Of a stretch of DNA of 64,000 bases, positions 8,956 to 18,097 are shown in pieces. The position numbers were made by a program, and so were the translations under genes. How positions within the stretch are numbered: position 1 is the first letter of the stretch; every line of letters begins with the position of its first letter. Under the pieces are notes generated by a model that searched no databases, was not told the DNA's origin, and saw only the letters and a list, made by a program, of their open reading frames with translations. Source of the stretch: Thermoflexia bacterium (GTDB taxonomy: Bacteria; Chloroflexota; Anaerolineae; B4-G1); NCBI GenBank assembly GCA_011192155.1, contig DUEK01000004.1, positions 1 through 64,000 on the forward strand. The letters are read 5' to 3'.

Positions 8956-8990
8956 AGAAACCGGGTTTTTCTGAAAAAACCCGGTTTCTG
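8956..8990. repeat. REP-like hairpin, family A (AGAAACCGGGTTTTT-CTG-AAAAACCCGGTTTCT)
   Basis: Perfect 15-bp inverted repeat between the thioredoxin-reductase-like stop and the M20 start. Same loop consensus as the copies at 29037 and 48322. Confidence 0.6.
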
Positions 8991-8993
8991 CAC

Positions 8994-9896
8994 CTAACGC
9001 ATCAGCAGATAATGGCAGGCCGAGATAGCCGATTTGGCTCCCTCGCCGATGTGCACCAGCACTTGTTCAGACACGTGAGTCACGTCGCCGGCAGCGAACA
9101 CTCCCGGCCAGTTGGTGGCGCAGTAGGAGTCTACGATGATGTGCCCGCGACTGTCGCAATTCACCCACTCCCGCACCAGCCCCGAGTTAGGAGTACGCGC
9201 CAATTTGACGAATACCCCTTTGACCGGTATCTCGCGCACCTCGCCGTCAGGCATCGCCGCCACGATGTACTCTACAGACGCATCACCGCCCACCTCCTGC
9301 ACCCTCGCATCCTTGATAACTTGTACATTCTCCATCTGGTCGAGTTTGCTGACCAACGGGGTCGTTACCAGCGGTTCGTAGGCCAGTAGATAGACCCGAT
9401 GCGCCTTGTGGGCCAGGCTCGCCACGGCCCACTGGGCGCGCCGTCCCTGCCCGACCACGGCTACATCTTTGCCCAGGAACAAACCGGCGTGGGTATCCAC
9501 CGAATAACTCAATCCCCTGCCGGCCAGGCGCTTTTCGCCCAGGACGTCCAGACGTTGCGGCTTGGCGCCGGTCGCTATAACGAGGGATCGTCCCTCGTAG
9601 TGGTGACCTTGCACGGTTTCCAAGACAAAGTGGTCTTCTACAGGCGTCACCTCGGTCACAGTGTCAAAATCGCGCACAAAGTCCAAATAGTCGAGTTGGC
9701 GACGGAAAGCGTCCAGCAATGTCTCGCCGGTGATGGTCTCCCGGCCCTCCATGTCCTCCACCTGCATGGCGTAGGTGGTCTGGCCGCCCCACTGCGCGGC
9801 GATGATCAGCGTCTCCAGGCGTTGGTTGATGGCTGTCGCGGCGGCAGTGATGCCTGCCGGCCCGCCGCCGATGATGATTAGATCATACATTGTCAT
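8994..9896 (-). CDS. thioredoxin-reductase-like FAD/NAD(P) oxidoreductase lacking the redox CxxC
   Basis: GxGxxG (IIGGGPAG), C-terminal GDV FAD motif. The position of the CATC/CAVC disulfide reads GLSYSVDTHAG. Start at MTMYD with RBS GAGGAGG. Confidence 0.7.
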   Translation of the reverse strand: MTMYDLIIIGGGPAGITAAATAINQRLETLIIAAQWGGQTTYAMQVEDMEGRETITGETLLDAFRRQLDYLDFVRDFDTVTEVTPVEDHFVLETVQGHHYEGRSLVIATGAKPQRLDVLGEKRLAGRGLSYSVDTHAGLFLGKDVAVVGQGRRAQWAVASLAHKAHRVYLLAYEPLVTTPLVSKLDQMENVQVIKDARVQEVGGDASVEYIVAAMPDGEVREIPVKGVFVKLARTPNSGLVREWVNCDSRGHIIVDSYCATNWPGVFAAGDVTHVSEQVLVHIGEGAKSAISACHYLLMR

Positions 9897-11347
9897 TCCT
9901 CCTCTCGGGCCCATTCCGCCGGTACAGGCGGGATGAGTTCCTTCTCCATCAAAAAGTGGGTCATATCCTGCGCCTGGCGGATGGTATCTTTTGCCATAGC
10001 AAGCAACTCGTCGCGAGAAAAGCTCAGACGGGCCAGGCCTTGTTCCTGCGCCTTCACGCCGACCGCGGCCGCCTCGCGGGGAAAGACTTCCCAATCCGCC
10101 ATCGTCGGCAGGATGTGATCGTCTTCGATCCCTCGTTCCTCGGCGCAGCGAGCCAGTTCGCGGGCGGCGGCGACGGCCATTTCGTCGGTGATGGTCGTGG
10201 CCCGCACGTCCAGCACGCCGCGGAAGATACCGGGGAAGCCCAGCGAGTTGTTGATCTGGTTGGGAAAGTCACTGCGGCCCGTGCCCACGATACGCGCCCC
10301 GGCCTCTTTGGCTTCCCAGGGCCATATCTCGGGGATGGGGTTGGCGCAGGCAAAGATGATGGCGTCATCGGCCATCCCTTTCACCCACTCCGGCAGGATC
10401 GTGCCCGGCCCGGGCTTGCTGGCCGCGATACAGACGTCGGCGCCGCGCATGGCTTCTTTGATGCCGCCGCGCCGCCCTTCGGCGTTGCTGTTCTGGCAAA
10501 TGCGCCACTTATCTACGAACTCGATCTTGCGCTGCGCGATGTCATCCCGCTCTGGGTGCAGGATGCCCTTGCTATCGCAGGCGACGATGTGGCCGAACGG
10601 GACGCCGCTGGCCAAGATCAGGCGGAGTGTGGCAACGTTGGCTGCGCCGGTGCCGATGACGGCAAATTTGGCCTCCTCCACCTGCTTGCCCACCATCTTG
10701 AGCGCGTTGATCGCGCCCGCCAGGATGACGGTGGCCGTCCCCTGCTGATCGTCGTGCCAGACCGGAATTTTGACCTCAGGGTCGGTGCGCAGCATGTCGA
10801 GCACGCGGAAGCACTTGGGCTGTGAAATATCCTCCAGGTTGATTCCGCCGAAGGAAGGCTGGATCAGTTTGACGGCCAGCATGATGCGATAGGGGTCTTT
10901 GGTGTCCAGGCAGATGGGGACCGCGTCCACGCCGCCCAGGTATTTGAATAGCAGCGCCTTACCCTCCATCACTGGCAGCCCGGCCCAAGGGCCAATATCG
11001 CCCAGGCCCAGCACGCGGGTACCATCTGAGACGACGGCGACTGTGTTCCCCTTGTTAGTGTGCTCATAGACCAGGTTTTGGTCCTCGTGGATGGCGCGGC
11101 AGGGAGCGGCCACGCCGGGCGTGTACCAGATAGCGAAATCATTGACATCACGGATGACGCATTTGGGCGCGGTTTGTATCTTGCCTCGGAAGAAGGGGTG
11201 CAACCGCATCGCATCCTTAGCCGGTTCTTTGGCTTTGGCGAGTAATTCTTCTTTGGTAAACTTCTTGCTATCAGATGGATGCGGCCGCATCGCGTCCTCG
11301 GCCGTTTTTTTGGCCTTGGCCAGCAGTTCTTCTCTAGTTACTTTCAT
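9893..11347 (-). CDS. NAD(P)-dependent malic enzyme (small form) with in-frame N-terminal 27-aa tandem duplication
   Basis: Malic enzyme core (FRGKIQ...[15 protein letters not shown] Rossmann). Start MKV with RBS GGAAGGAG. Residues 4-30 and 31-57 are near-identical repeats. Confidence 0.8.
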   Translation of the reverse strand: MKVTREELLAKAKKTAEDAMRPHPSDSKKFTKEELLAKAKEPAKDAMRLHPFFRGKIQTAPKCVIRDVNDFAIWYTPGVAAPCRAIHEDQNLVYEHTNKGNTVAVVSDGTRVLGLGDIGPWAGLPVMEGKALLFKYLGGVDAVPICLDTKDPYRIMLAVKLIQPSFGGINLEDISQPKCFRVLDMLRTDPEVKIPVWHDDQQGTATVILAGAINALKMVGKQVEEAKFAVIGTGAANVATLRLILASGVPFGHIVACDSKGILHPERDDIAQRKIEFVDKWRICQNSNAEGRRGGIKEAMRGADVCIAASKPGPGTILPEWVKGMADDAIIFACANPIPEIWPWEAKEAGARIVGTGRSDFPNQINNSLGFPGIFRGVLDVRATTITDEMAVAAARELARCAEERGIEDDHILPTMADWEVFPREAAAVGVKAQEQGLARLSFSRDELLAMAKDTIRQAQDMTHFLMEKELIPPVPAEWAREEE

Positions 11348-11698
11348 GGGTTTACTCCTTCCTAAAAACAGTCTATTTGTTCCAAGTCTTTGACCGAAGG
11401 TAAGAGTGGCGAGAGCCTGCTGCGGGGCGGAGTATGATCGCAGTCGGTAGAAAGGGGAAAATCCCGACTGGGCGCGATGGAGGTCGCAGGGGTAGTTAGG
11501 CAACGCAAGATGCGGGGCGCGAGCCTGTATGCCATAGTATCATTATTGTAGCACCACTGTGACGGTAATACAAGTGATATGTGTCATCTTCACCTACGTC
11601 ACATTCCGCGTGTATCGAAAAGCGGGACATTCCCAGACGCGACTGGGAGTGTCCCGAAATATTGAGATGGTGCGATTTTTCGACTTGGGCAACTAGGA

Positions 11699-11954
11699 CA
11701 CGGACAAACACGGGGCTGTGCACACGAATTTCTATTGAGATCAGCAGCTTGTCGGAGTGAAATCGTATCTTCTCAATATTCCGGGATGATTATACCGTAG
11801 CCGCGATTTCTATATCGCGCCAGCCCCGTGAGGTATGGAAACCTTGGCTGCATTGCCCCGACTTTCGCCGGATTTGACAATCCGGCGAGAGCACACTTTG
11901 TGTGACAAGTCTCTCCGATAGACTGCTAGTCCGTGAAATTCGTGTTTGTCCGTG
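11699..11954. repeat. about 256-bp inverted-repeat-bounded element (MITE-like candidate) in 666-bp intergenic region
   Basis: 14-bp inverted repeats CACGGACAAACACG at 11699..11712 and 11941..11954, with adjacent partial inverted CACGAATTTC extension. Internal palindromes, including a fragment matching the 121-bp MITE core (GTAGCCGCGATTTCTATATCGCG at 11797..11819). Confidence 0.35.
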
Positions 11955-12013
11955 TTCAATGATTTAGCTGCACAGGTAGCGATTTTTTTGGTTTATATTC
12001 AATAGAGTGGGCC

Positions 12014-12733
12014 TCAGATGCCCAGGTAGGCTTGGCGCACGTGTTCGTTTTGCCCCAGGTCGCGACTGACGCCCTCTAGCTCGACTCGCCCCTCGGCGAG
12101 GACGTACGTATAGTCACTCACTGCCAGGGCCATCTGCACGTTTTGTTCCACCAAAAGCATGGTGAGACCGGCTTTTTTCAATTGACCGAGGGTTTCAAAA
12201 ATATCCAGCACCAAAACGGGCGCCAGGCCAAGCGAAAGCTCGTCCAGCATCAGGATAATGGGTTCGGCCATGATGCCTCTCGCCACGGCCAGCATCTGCT
12301 GCTCACCGCCGCTCAACGTGCCTGATGTTTGGTCTTTGCGTTCTTTGAGGCGCGGGAACATCTCAAAGACGCGCTCCAGATTGCGTTTGGCGTGAGGACG
12401 CGCCCGTTTGGGTGAGGCGCCCATTTCCAGGTTCTCAGCTACACTCATGTCGGTGAACAGTTGGCGGCCTTCGGGCACCAGCACCAGACCCAGTTCGGCC
12501 TTGGCGTGCGGGGGCAAACGGGTGACGTCCTGCCCGTTAAACCAGATAGAACCCTTCCAGGGACGGTTTAGGCCCATCACGCTTCGCAAGAGGGTGGTTT
12601 TACCGGCCCCATTTGTCCCAACGAGTGAGGTCAACTTGCCCTCCTCGGCGGTCATAGTGGTACCCCAAAGAATTTGCACTTCGCCGTAACCGGCGTCTAC
12701 GTCATGAACTTTTAATATCGTCATTGGTCTCAT
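12014..12733 (-). CDS. livF: branched-chain amino acid ABC transporter ATP-binding protein (LivF-type)
   Basis: Walker A GTNGAGKTT, signature LSGGEQQM, Walker B LMLDE. Confidence 0.85.
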   Translation of the reverse strand: MRPMTILKVHDVDAGYGEVQILWGTTMTAEEGKLTSLVGTNGAGKTTLLRSVMGLNRPWKGSIWFNGQDVTRLPPHAKAELGLVLVPEGRQLFTDMSVAENLEMGASPKRARPHAKRNLERVFEMFPRLKERKDQTSGTLSGGEQQMLAVARGIMAEPIILMLDELSLGLAPVLVLDIFETLGQLKKAGLTMLLVEQNVQMALAVSDYTYVLAEGRVELEGVSRDLGQNEHVRQAYLGI

Positions 12734-13512
12734 TCCCCGTTACCATTTTGCTGCATCAGACGTTCGGCCAGCTTGGGATCGCCCAGGTACGCCTCGATCA
12801 CCAGATCGTTGTTCGCGATCTCTTCGGGTGTGCCTTCGGCAATCAGTTTTCCAAAGCTCAACACCAGGATGCGGTCAGACACGTTCATGATGGCGTGCAT
12901 CACGTGTTCGATCATGACGATGGTGATACCCCGATCGCGAATTTCGCGGATCGTCTCCAACATAGCGTCTATTTCGGAGGGGTTGAGCCCGGCCAGGGCT
13001 TCGTCCAGCAGAAGCAGGTAGGGCTGTGCAGACAGGGCGCGGGCCATCTCCAACCGTTTCTTCTGGGCGACGTTCAGGCTGCCGGCCGGTTGTTCCGCTC
13101 GATCAATCAGGCCGACGAACTCGAGCACCTCGTCGGCGACTCTGGCGGCGTTGGATAGGTTATAATCTTTGGAACCAAAACAAGCGCCCACCATTGCGTT
13201 TTCGCGCACCGTGAGTTCATCGAGTGGCTTGACGACCTGGTGAGTGCGAGCCAGCCCCAGGTGAGCCATCTGATAGGTCTTGGAGCCGGTCACATCTTTC
13301 CCCCGGAAGGAGTAACGCCCCTCTGTAGCCGGATAGACCCCGTTGATCACGTTGAAGAGGGTGGTCTTGCCCGCCCCATTGGGGCCAATCAAGCCCAGGA
13401 TTTGACCCTCGGGTAGATCAAAGGTCACGTTGTTGACCGCTACCAGGCCCCCAAAGTGTTTGGATACGCCTTTTACCTGTAAGATCGCTCGGATGTCGTT
13501 TATCCGCGTCAT
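12730..13512 (-). CDS. livG: branched-chain amino acid ABC transporter ATP-binding protein (LivG-type)
   Basis: Walker A GPNGAGKTT, LLLDE. 4-bp overlap with livF. Confidence 0.85.
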   Translation of the reverse strand: MTRINDIRAILQVKGVSKHFGGLVAVNNVTFDLPEGQILGLIGPNGAGKTTLFNVINGVYPATEGRYSFRGKDVTGSKTYQMAHLGLARTHQVVKPLDELTVRENAMVGACFGSKDYNLSNAARVADEVLEFVGLIDRAEQPAGSLNVAQKKRLEMARALSAQPYLLLLDEALAGLNPSEIDAMLETIREIRDRGITIVMIEHVMHAIMNVSDRILVLSFGKLIAEGTPEEIANNDLVIEAYLGDPKLAERLMQQNGNGE

Positions 13513-14480
13513 TGGAGCACCCTCCGTAGGATGGGGAAGCGGTTGCGCAGCCAGCCGACGACTCCGGCCGGTACGAACAGCACGATCAGCAAGAGCAAGA
13601 CCCCGGCAACCGAGAGTTGGATATCCTTGAATATCGGGCTGGTCAGCAGATAGCCGCGCATGCGCTGGTATGCCGTCGCGCCCAGGATTGGCCCCAGCAC
13701 CGTCCCGTACCCGCCGAGCATGACCATCACGATCAACTCGATGGACGATTGCAAGGGAAAGGCATCGTGAGGCTCAATGTTGCCGTTCTTGAAAAAGAAC
13801 AGGGGGCCGATGATACCGGGGAGGATGGCGGAGATGACGTAGGCCCAGGTCTTGGCGTTGGGGGCAACCACTCCCATTACCTCGGCGGCATCTTCATCTT
13901 CCCGGATAGCCAACAGCCCCAGGCCGAACTTTGATGTTCGGATCAGATAGCTGACGATCACGCTGATCAGGGCGATCCCCGCCAGGACGTAAAAGGCCGT
14001 TTCCAATGCCTGAGCAGCGCCGCCATATTGCTGGTAGACCTGAAAGTTGAGGTTCATGCCGATGGGGCCGCCGAACGGTTCAAAGTTAGTGACAAAAGCC
14101 TGCATCGCCGCGTTGACGCCGATGGTCGCCAGGGCAAAGTAAGCGCCGCGCAGGTGCAGGATGGCCTTGCCCAGAAGAAAAGCCAGCACGCCGGCAGCCG
14201 CTCCCCCCGCCAGCATGGCCAGCCACAACGACCAGCCCTGCGCACTGACCAGGTAAAAGCCAACGTAGCCTCCCAGGCCAAAGAAGATGATGTGAGCAAA
14301 GCTGACGTAACCGGTATAACCCAGGATCATGTTCAGGCTGGAGGCCAGAGCAATGGCTTTGAGGACGGTGAAGAATGCCTCACGGGTGGCTGGCTTGCCC
14401 GTGAGCTTTACTCCTACCGCGATACCCACGATGATGAGCACAGGGAGCAGCAAACCCAGGTGTTTTTGCCAGTTTTTCAT
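13509..14480 (-). CDS. livM: branched-chain amino acid ABC permease (LivM-type)
   Basis: Polytopic permease. Start MKNWQKH overlapping the livH stop (ATGA). Confidence 0.8.
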   Translation of the reverse strand: MKNWQKHLGLLLPVLIIVGIAVGVKLTGKPATREAFFTVLKAIALASSLNMILGYTGYVSFAHIIFFGLGGYVGFYLVSAQGWSLWLAMLAGGAAAGVLAFLLGKAILHLRGAYFALATIGVNAAMQAFVTNFEPFGGPIGMNLNFQVYQQYGGAAQALETAFYVLAGIALISVIVSYLIRTSKFGLGLLAIREDEDAAEVMGVVAPNAKTWAYVISAILPGIIGPLFFFKNGNIEPHDAFPLQSSIELIVMVMLGGYGTVLGPILGATAYQRMRGYLLTSPIFKDIQLSVAGVLLLLIVLFVPAGVVGWLRNRFPILRRVLQ

Positions 14481-15331
14481 TGTTTCGCTCCAAGCAAGCC
14501 ACTCGGCCGAAAGATGATGATGACGACGAACAAACCGAACTCGAATACCGGCACCCATGATGTCTCTATGAAAATGGGAATGACGCCCTCTAGGGCGCCG
14601 AGGATCAGGCCGCCTACGAGCGCGCCGAAGGGGTTCCCCAGACCGCCCAATACGCAGACAACAAAGCTCTTGAGTTGGTAGTTCATGCCTGACAGGACGT
14701 TAAAGGGGAAAAAGGTGGCGATCAAACCCCCGGAAATGGCGGCTACCATCGCTCCCAGTCCAAAACTGAGCGCCAGTATCTGGTTGGAAGGAACACCGAC
14801 CATTTCTGCGGCCATCCGATTGTTCGCCACGGCGCGGATATACCGTCCCGGCCGGGTGCGGTACAAAAAGAGGAACAGACCCGCCGCCGCTAAAACGGCT
14901 ACCAGGGCGGCGACCACGCGCGTACCCGGGAGCGTGATCGGACCGAGCGAGATGCTGCCCAGGGAAAAATCTACGTTCCGGGGTGAGTTGGTCCACAGGG
15001 CCGTTGCCACCCCAGTCATGATCATGCTGACGGAAAAGGTTGCCAGCAGTGTGGACAGTTGAGGGGCGTCAATCACTCGATGCAAGGCAACTGTGTAAAT
15101 CAAAATACCCATTAGCAATCCCACGATCGCCATCAGGAGTATCGCCAGGTAGGGGTTCATTTCCAGGGTATTGAACAGCAGGTACACACCAAACATACTG
15201 TAAACAATGAGTACGTTGTGGGACAGATTGATGACTTTCATCACGCCCCAGATGAGGGACATGCCTATGGCGGCCACCCCGTAGACAAACCCCATCAGCA
15301 GACCGTCGACCAGAAACGATAGGAATTCCAT
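14477..15331 (-). CDS. livH: branched-chain amino acid ABC permease (LivH-type)
   Basis: 284-aa polytopic permease typical of LivH. Confidence 0.85.
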   Translation of the reverse strand: MEFLSFLVDGLLMGFVYGVAAIGMSLIWGVMKVINLSHNVLIVYSMFGVYLLFNTLEMNPYLAILLMAIVGLLMGILIYTVALHRVIDAPQLSTLLATFSVSMIMTGVATALWTNSPRNVDFSLGSISLGPITLPGTRVVAALVAVLAAAGLFLFLYRTRPGRYIRAVANNRMAAEMVGVPSNQILALSFGLGAMVAAISGGLIATFFPFNVLSGMNYQLKSFVVCVLGGLGNPFGALVGGLILGALEGVIPIFIETSWVPVFEFGLFVVIIIFRPSGLLGAKQ

Positions 15332-15352
15332 ACGCGCCTCCTTGCGGCTTTG

Positions 15353-15391
15353 TTCGAGACCCTAAAGGTCTTGAACCTTTAGGGTCTCGAA
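15353..15391. repeat. REP-like hairpin, family B (CGAGACCCTAAAGGT-CTTGA-ACCTTTAGGGTCTCG)
   Basis: Perfect 17-bp inverted repeat between the substrate-binding-protein stop and the livH start. Intercistronic stabiliser/attenuator candidate. Confidence 0.55.
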
Positions 15392-15407
15392 TGATTTGGT
15401 TATTCGA

Positions 15408-16706
15408 TCAAGGAATGGGGTAAATAGTCTCGGCAGTAGCGCCCGCTTGAGGCCAGACGACCTGTTTTACCAGGTTGCCATCGGCATCCTTTTGCCACTG
15501 GATGTACACCATAGAGTGACCAATTTGTAGGCCGTGGGCCTCGGCTGTGGTATCAAACTTGGTGTAGCCGAAAAAGGTCAGTACGTCCATATTGTCCAGG
15601 GCGGCTTTGATAGCGGCAGGATCCGTAGAGTCGGCGTCCTCGATGGCCTTTTGCAGGATCAGGCCGGCCGCATAGCCGCCGGCAGAGTGGTAGGAAGGTT
15701 CCTCGTCGTAGGCGGCTTCGTAGGCTGCGACAAACTCGTCGCTCAGAAGGCCATACCACGCCAGACCGGCTTCGGCTGCCGATTCGGGGGTGTAAGCGGC
15801 CAGAGGTTCCCACTGGCTGGGGCCGATGACGGCATAAGCTGCCTCGCCCAACTCGGCAAAGTCAGGCTCCGGCGGGGCCACCAGCAGGGCGAACATCTTG
15901 ATGTCGACGTCCTTCTCGTATACCTGCCGGGCGAACGTGCTGCCATCCGTCATGTGGCCGCCGCCCAGGATAGCCTCGGCGCCGGTGGCCTCGATTTTGT
16001 TGATAAAGGGACCAAAGTCGGTCGTGTCGCCGGCGTAGCCTTCAAAGATCACGATCTCGTAGCCCAACGACTCGGCGTATTCTTTGGCGGCTTCTACCAC
16101 GCCGGTAGCGAACGTGGCATCCTCGTGAACGATGGCGAGTTTGGTGACGTCGGGATCCAACAGCTTTAACAGATCTATCGCGCCGGTCAGATAGCGACTG
16201 GCGGGGGTATAGATCTGAAAGACCTGGGTATAGCCTTGTTGGTAGTTAGAATCAGCGGCCGCGCCCGTGGTGATCATGACCTTGCCGTATTGCTCGGCGA
16301 TGATGGAGGCGGCAGCGGTCAGGCCGCTGGAATATGGGCTGATCAGCAGATCAGCATTGTCCTCGGTCGCCAGGCGGGTGTACAGCTCCTGCACGCGGTC
16401 TTTGCTGCTTTCATCGTCGTAGGTGGCAAAGTCAAACGTGACCACCGTGCCATCGCCTAGGGTGATTCCGCCCGCTCCGTTCACCTCATTCATCCACAAT
16501 TCCAGGCCCTTGGCCTGGCGGCCGGCCGAAACTTCGAGCTTGCCGGTCAGTGAGGACGTAAAGCCGACGACCAATGTCTTGGGCTCGGCGGCCGGCGCTT
16601 CCGTCGCTTCGGCTGGCGCCTCGGCCGGTGCTTCGGTTGGTGTTGGCGCGCAGGCTGCCAACCACAACATAGAAACGACTATCAGAATATAGCTCAATTT
16701 CTTCAC
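15408..16706 (-). CDS. ABC transporter substrate-binding lipoprotein (LivK/branched-chain amino acid family)
   Basis: GTG start with RBS AAGGAGG. Lipobox LAAC, Ala/Pro/Glu-rich linker, type-I periplasmic binding fold. Confidence 0.8.
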   Translation of the reverse strand: MKKLSYILIVVSMLWLAACAPTPTEAPAEAPAEATEAPAAEPKTLVVGFTSSLTGKLEVSAGRQAKGLELWMNEVNGAGGITLGDGTVVTFDFATYDDESSKDRVQELYTRLATEDNADLLISPYSSGLTAAASIIAEQYGKVMITTGAAADSNYQQGYTQVFQIYTPASRYLTGAIDLLKLLDPDVTKLAIVHEDATFATGVVEAAKEYAESLGYEIVIFEGYAGDTTDFGPFINKIEATGAEAILGGGHMTDGSTFARQVYEKDVDIKMFALLVAPPEPDFAELGEAAYAVIGPSQWEPLAAYTPESAAEAGLAWYGLLSDEFVAAYEAAYDEEPSYHSAGGYAAGLILQKAIEDADSTDPAAIKAALDNMDVLTFFGYTKFDTTAEAHGLQIGHSMVYIQWQKDADGNLVKQVVWPQAGATAETIYPIP

Positions 16707-16892
16707 TTTTTTCCTCCTTATATTATTCAAGAATTGTGTGCCCAGTAAGATTTGGGTGTGTTTAATTTCGGTTGTAGTGTAGGGCCTTGTGCCCGTTAAA
16801 TGGCCTATAAAACGCCCTACCAAACTCCCAACTCATTTGAAACACACCCGTAAGATTTGCCTAAACTCTTCTCCAATAGTCATCCTCCTTTC

Positions 16893-17261
16893 TCACACTT
16901 TGACTGTCTCAGCCAGGTTGGCCGGGCGACGGATCGCTGCCAGCAACTCTTCCGTCGGACATCCTTTCAACAAATAGCCATCAGCCCCGATTTCCAGGGC
17001 TGCGTCCAGGTAGCGGTCGAACACCGCAAGCAGGATGACGCGCGTCTGAGGCCGGCGGGCTTTGATCTGTCGCGCGGATTCCAAACCCATCTTTTCGGGG
17101 GCGATCAAAACTACGTCGGGGAGCGCCAAAGCCACCAGGTCTATTGCTTCGGGACCGTTGCCTGTGGTCAACACGCTGTCGCAGTAATCGCTCAGGACCA
17201 TTTGCAGTCCATCGCGGAACACTTTGTCGTCGTCCACGATGAGAACCTGGCGTGCAATCAT
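16893..17261 (-). CDS. stand-alone receiver-domain protein (CheY-like)
   Basis: VLIVDDDKVFRDG...D...K receiver motifs, no output domain. Start MIARQ with RBS GAGGGAGGG. Confidence 0.75.
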   Translation of the reverse strand: MIARQVLIVDDDKVFRDGLQMVLSDYCDSVLTTGNGPEAIDLVALALPDVVLIAPEKMGLESARQIKARRPQTRVILLAVFDRYLDAALEIGADGYLLKGCPTEELLAAIRRPANLAETVKV

Positions 17262-17405
17262 TTCCCTCCCTCGCCGGACAATCACAACAGCACAGGCAAA
17301 TGATAGCAAAAATCAGGCGGTCTGTCATCGTTCTTACACGCTGACCTGGCAAGAAAAAAGACCGATCTTTCGACCGGTCTTTGTGGTACTTTTGGGCAAG
17401 GGTTT

Positions 17406-18086
17406 CTAATCGTCTTCCGAAAGCAATCCCAACTGGATTGCCTTGGCCACCGCCTCGGCGCGGGTGTTGGCATCCAGCTTTTGCATGGCATTGGCGATGT
17501 GGGTCTTGACCGTGCGCTCCGAGATGAACAGCGACTCGGCAACGTCGCGGGTGCGCGCTCCGCCAGCCAGCAGGAACAGTGCCTCTCGCTCGCGGGCGGT
17601 GAGGTGTGTGCCGGGCGCGGGTTCGGGGGGCGGGGACTCGCTGGCCGTCATCATCTCGCCCAGTTTGTCCAGCACGCGGGCGGCCACCACCGGCTGCAAC
17701 AACGACTCTCCGCGCGCCACCAGGCGAATGGCCCGCACCAGTTCGTCGGGCGAGGCGTCCTTGAGCAAGTAGCCGCGCGCGCCAGCGCGAATGCCGGCCA
17801 TGATGTACTCTTCGTCGGCGTAGGTGGTCAGCACCAGGACGTGGGTATCCGACAGTTCGGCGCGGATGCGCTCGGTGGCCGCGACGCCGTCCACGTTAGG
17901 CATCTTGAGGTCCATTAGCACCACGTCGGGGCGCAGTTGGCGGGCCTGGCGCAGCGCCTCGGCGCCATCCCACGCTTGTCCGACGACGGTGATGTCATCC
18001 TCCACGTCCACGATGGCGCTCAGGCCCTCGCGTACTACGGGGTGATCGTCGGCTACCAGCACACGGATGGGATTCTTTGTGGTCAT
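17406..18086 (-). CDS. response regulator, NarL family
   Basis: REC (VLVADDHPVVREG) + LuxR HTH (LTAREREALFLLAGGARTRDVAESLFISERTVKTH). Confidence 0.85.
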   Translation of the reverse strand: MTTKNPIRVLVADDHPVVREGLSAIVDVEDDITVVGQAWDGAEALRQARQLRPDVVLMDLKMPNVDGVAATERIRAELSDTHVLVLTTYADEEYIMAGIRAGARGYLLKDASPDELVRAIRLVARGESLLQPVVAARVLDKLGEMMTASESPPPEPAPGTHLTAREREALFLLAGGARTRDVAESLFISERTVKTHIANAMQKLDANTRAEAVAKAIQLGLLSEDD

Positions 18087-18097
18087 ATTTCTACTTC

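Noticed and set aside
9890-10825. 311-aa plus-strand ORF antisense to malic enzyme; likewise 2492..3193, 4232..5203, 5007..5834, 7755..8594, 15534..16169, 23778..24512, 25602..26552, 26795..27571, 35475..36788, 54355..55629, 56141..57232, 58811..60328
   Set aside because: All lie antisense to, or in alternative frames of, genes with clear family signatures. They have no RBS and their composition is low-complexity. They are GC-frame artefacts.
11496-11723. 75-aa minus-strand ORF in the 666-bp intergenic region
   Set aside because: Lies across hairpins and repeats, with no RBS and no family resemblance.
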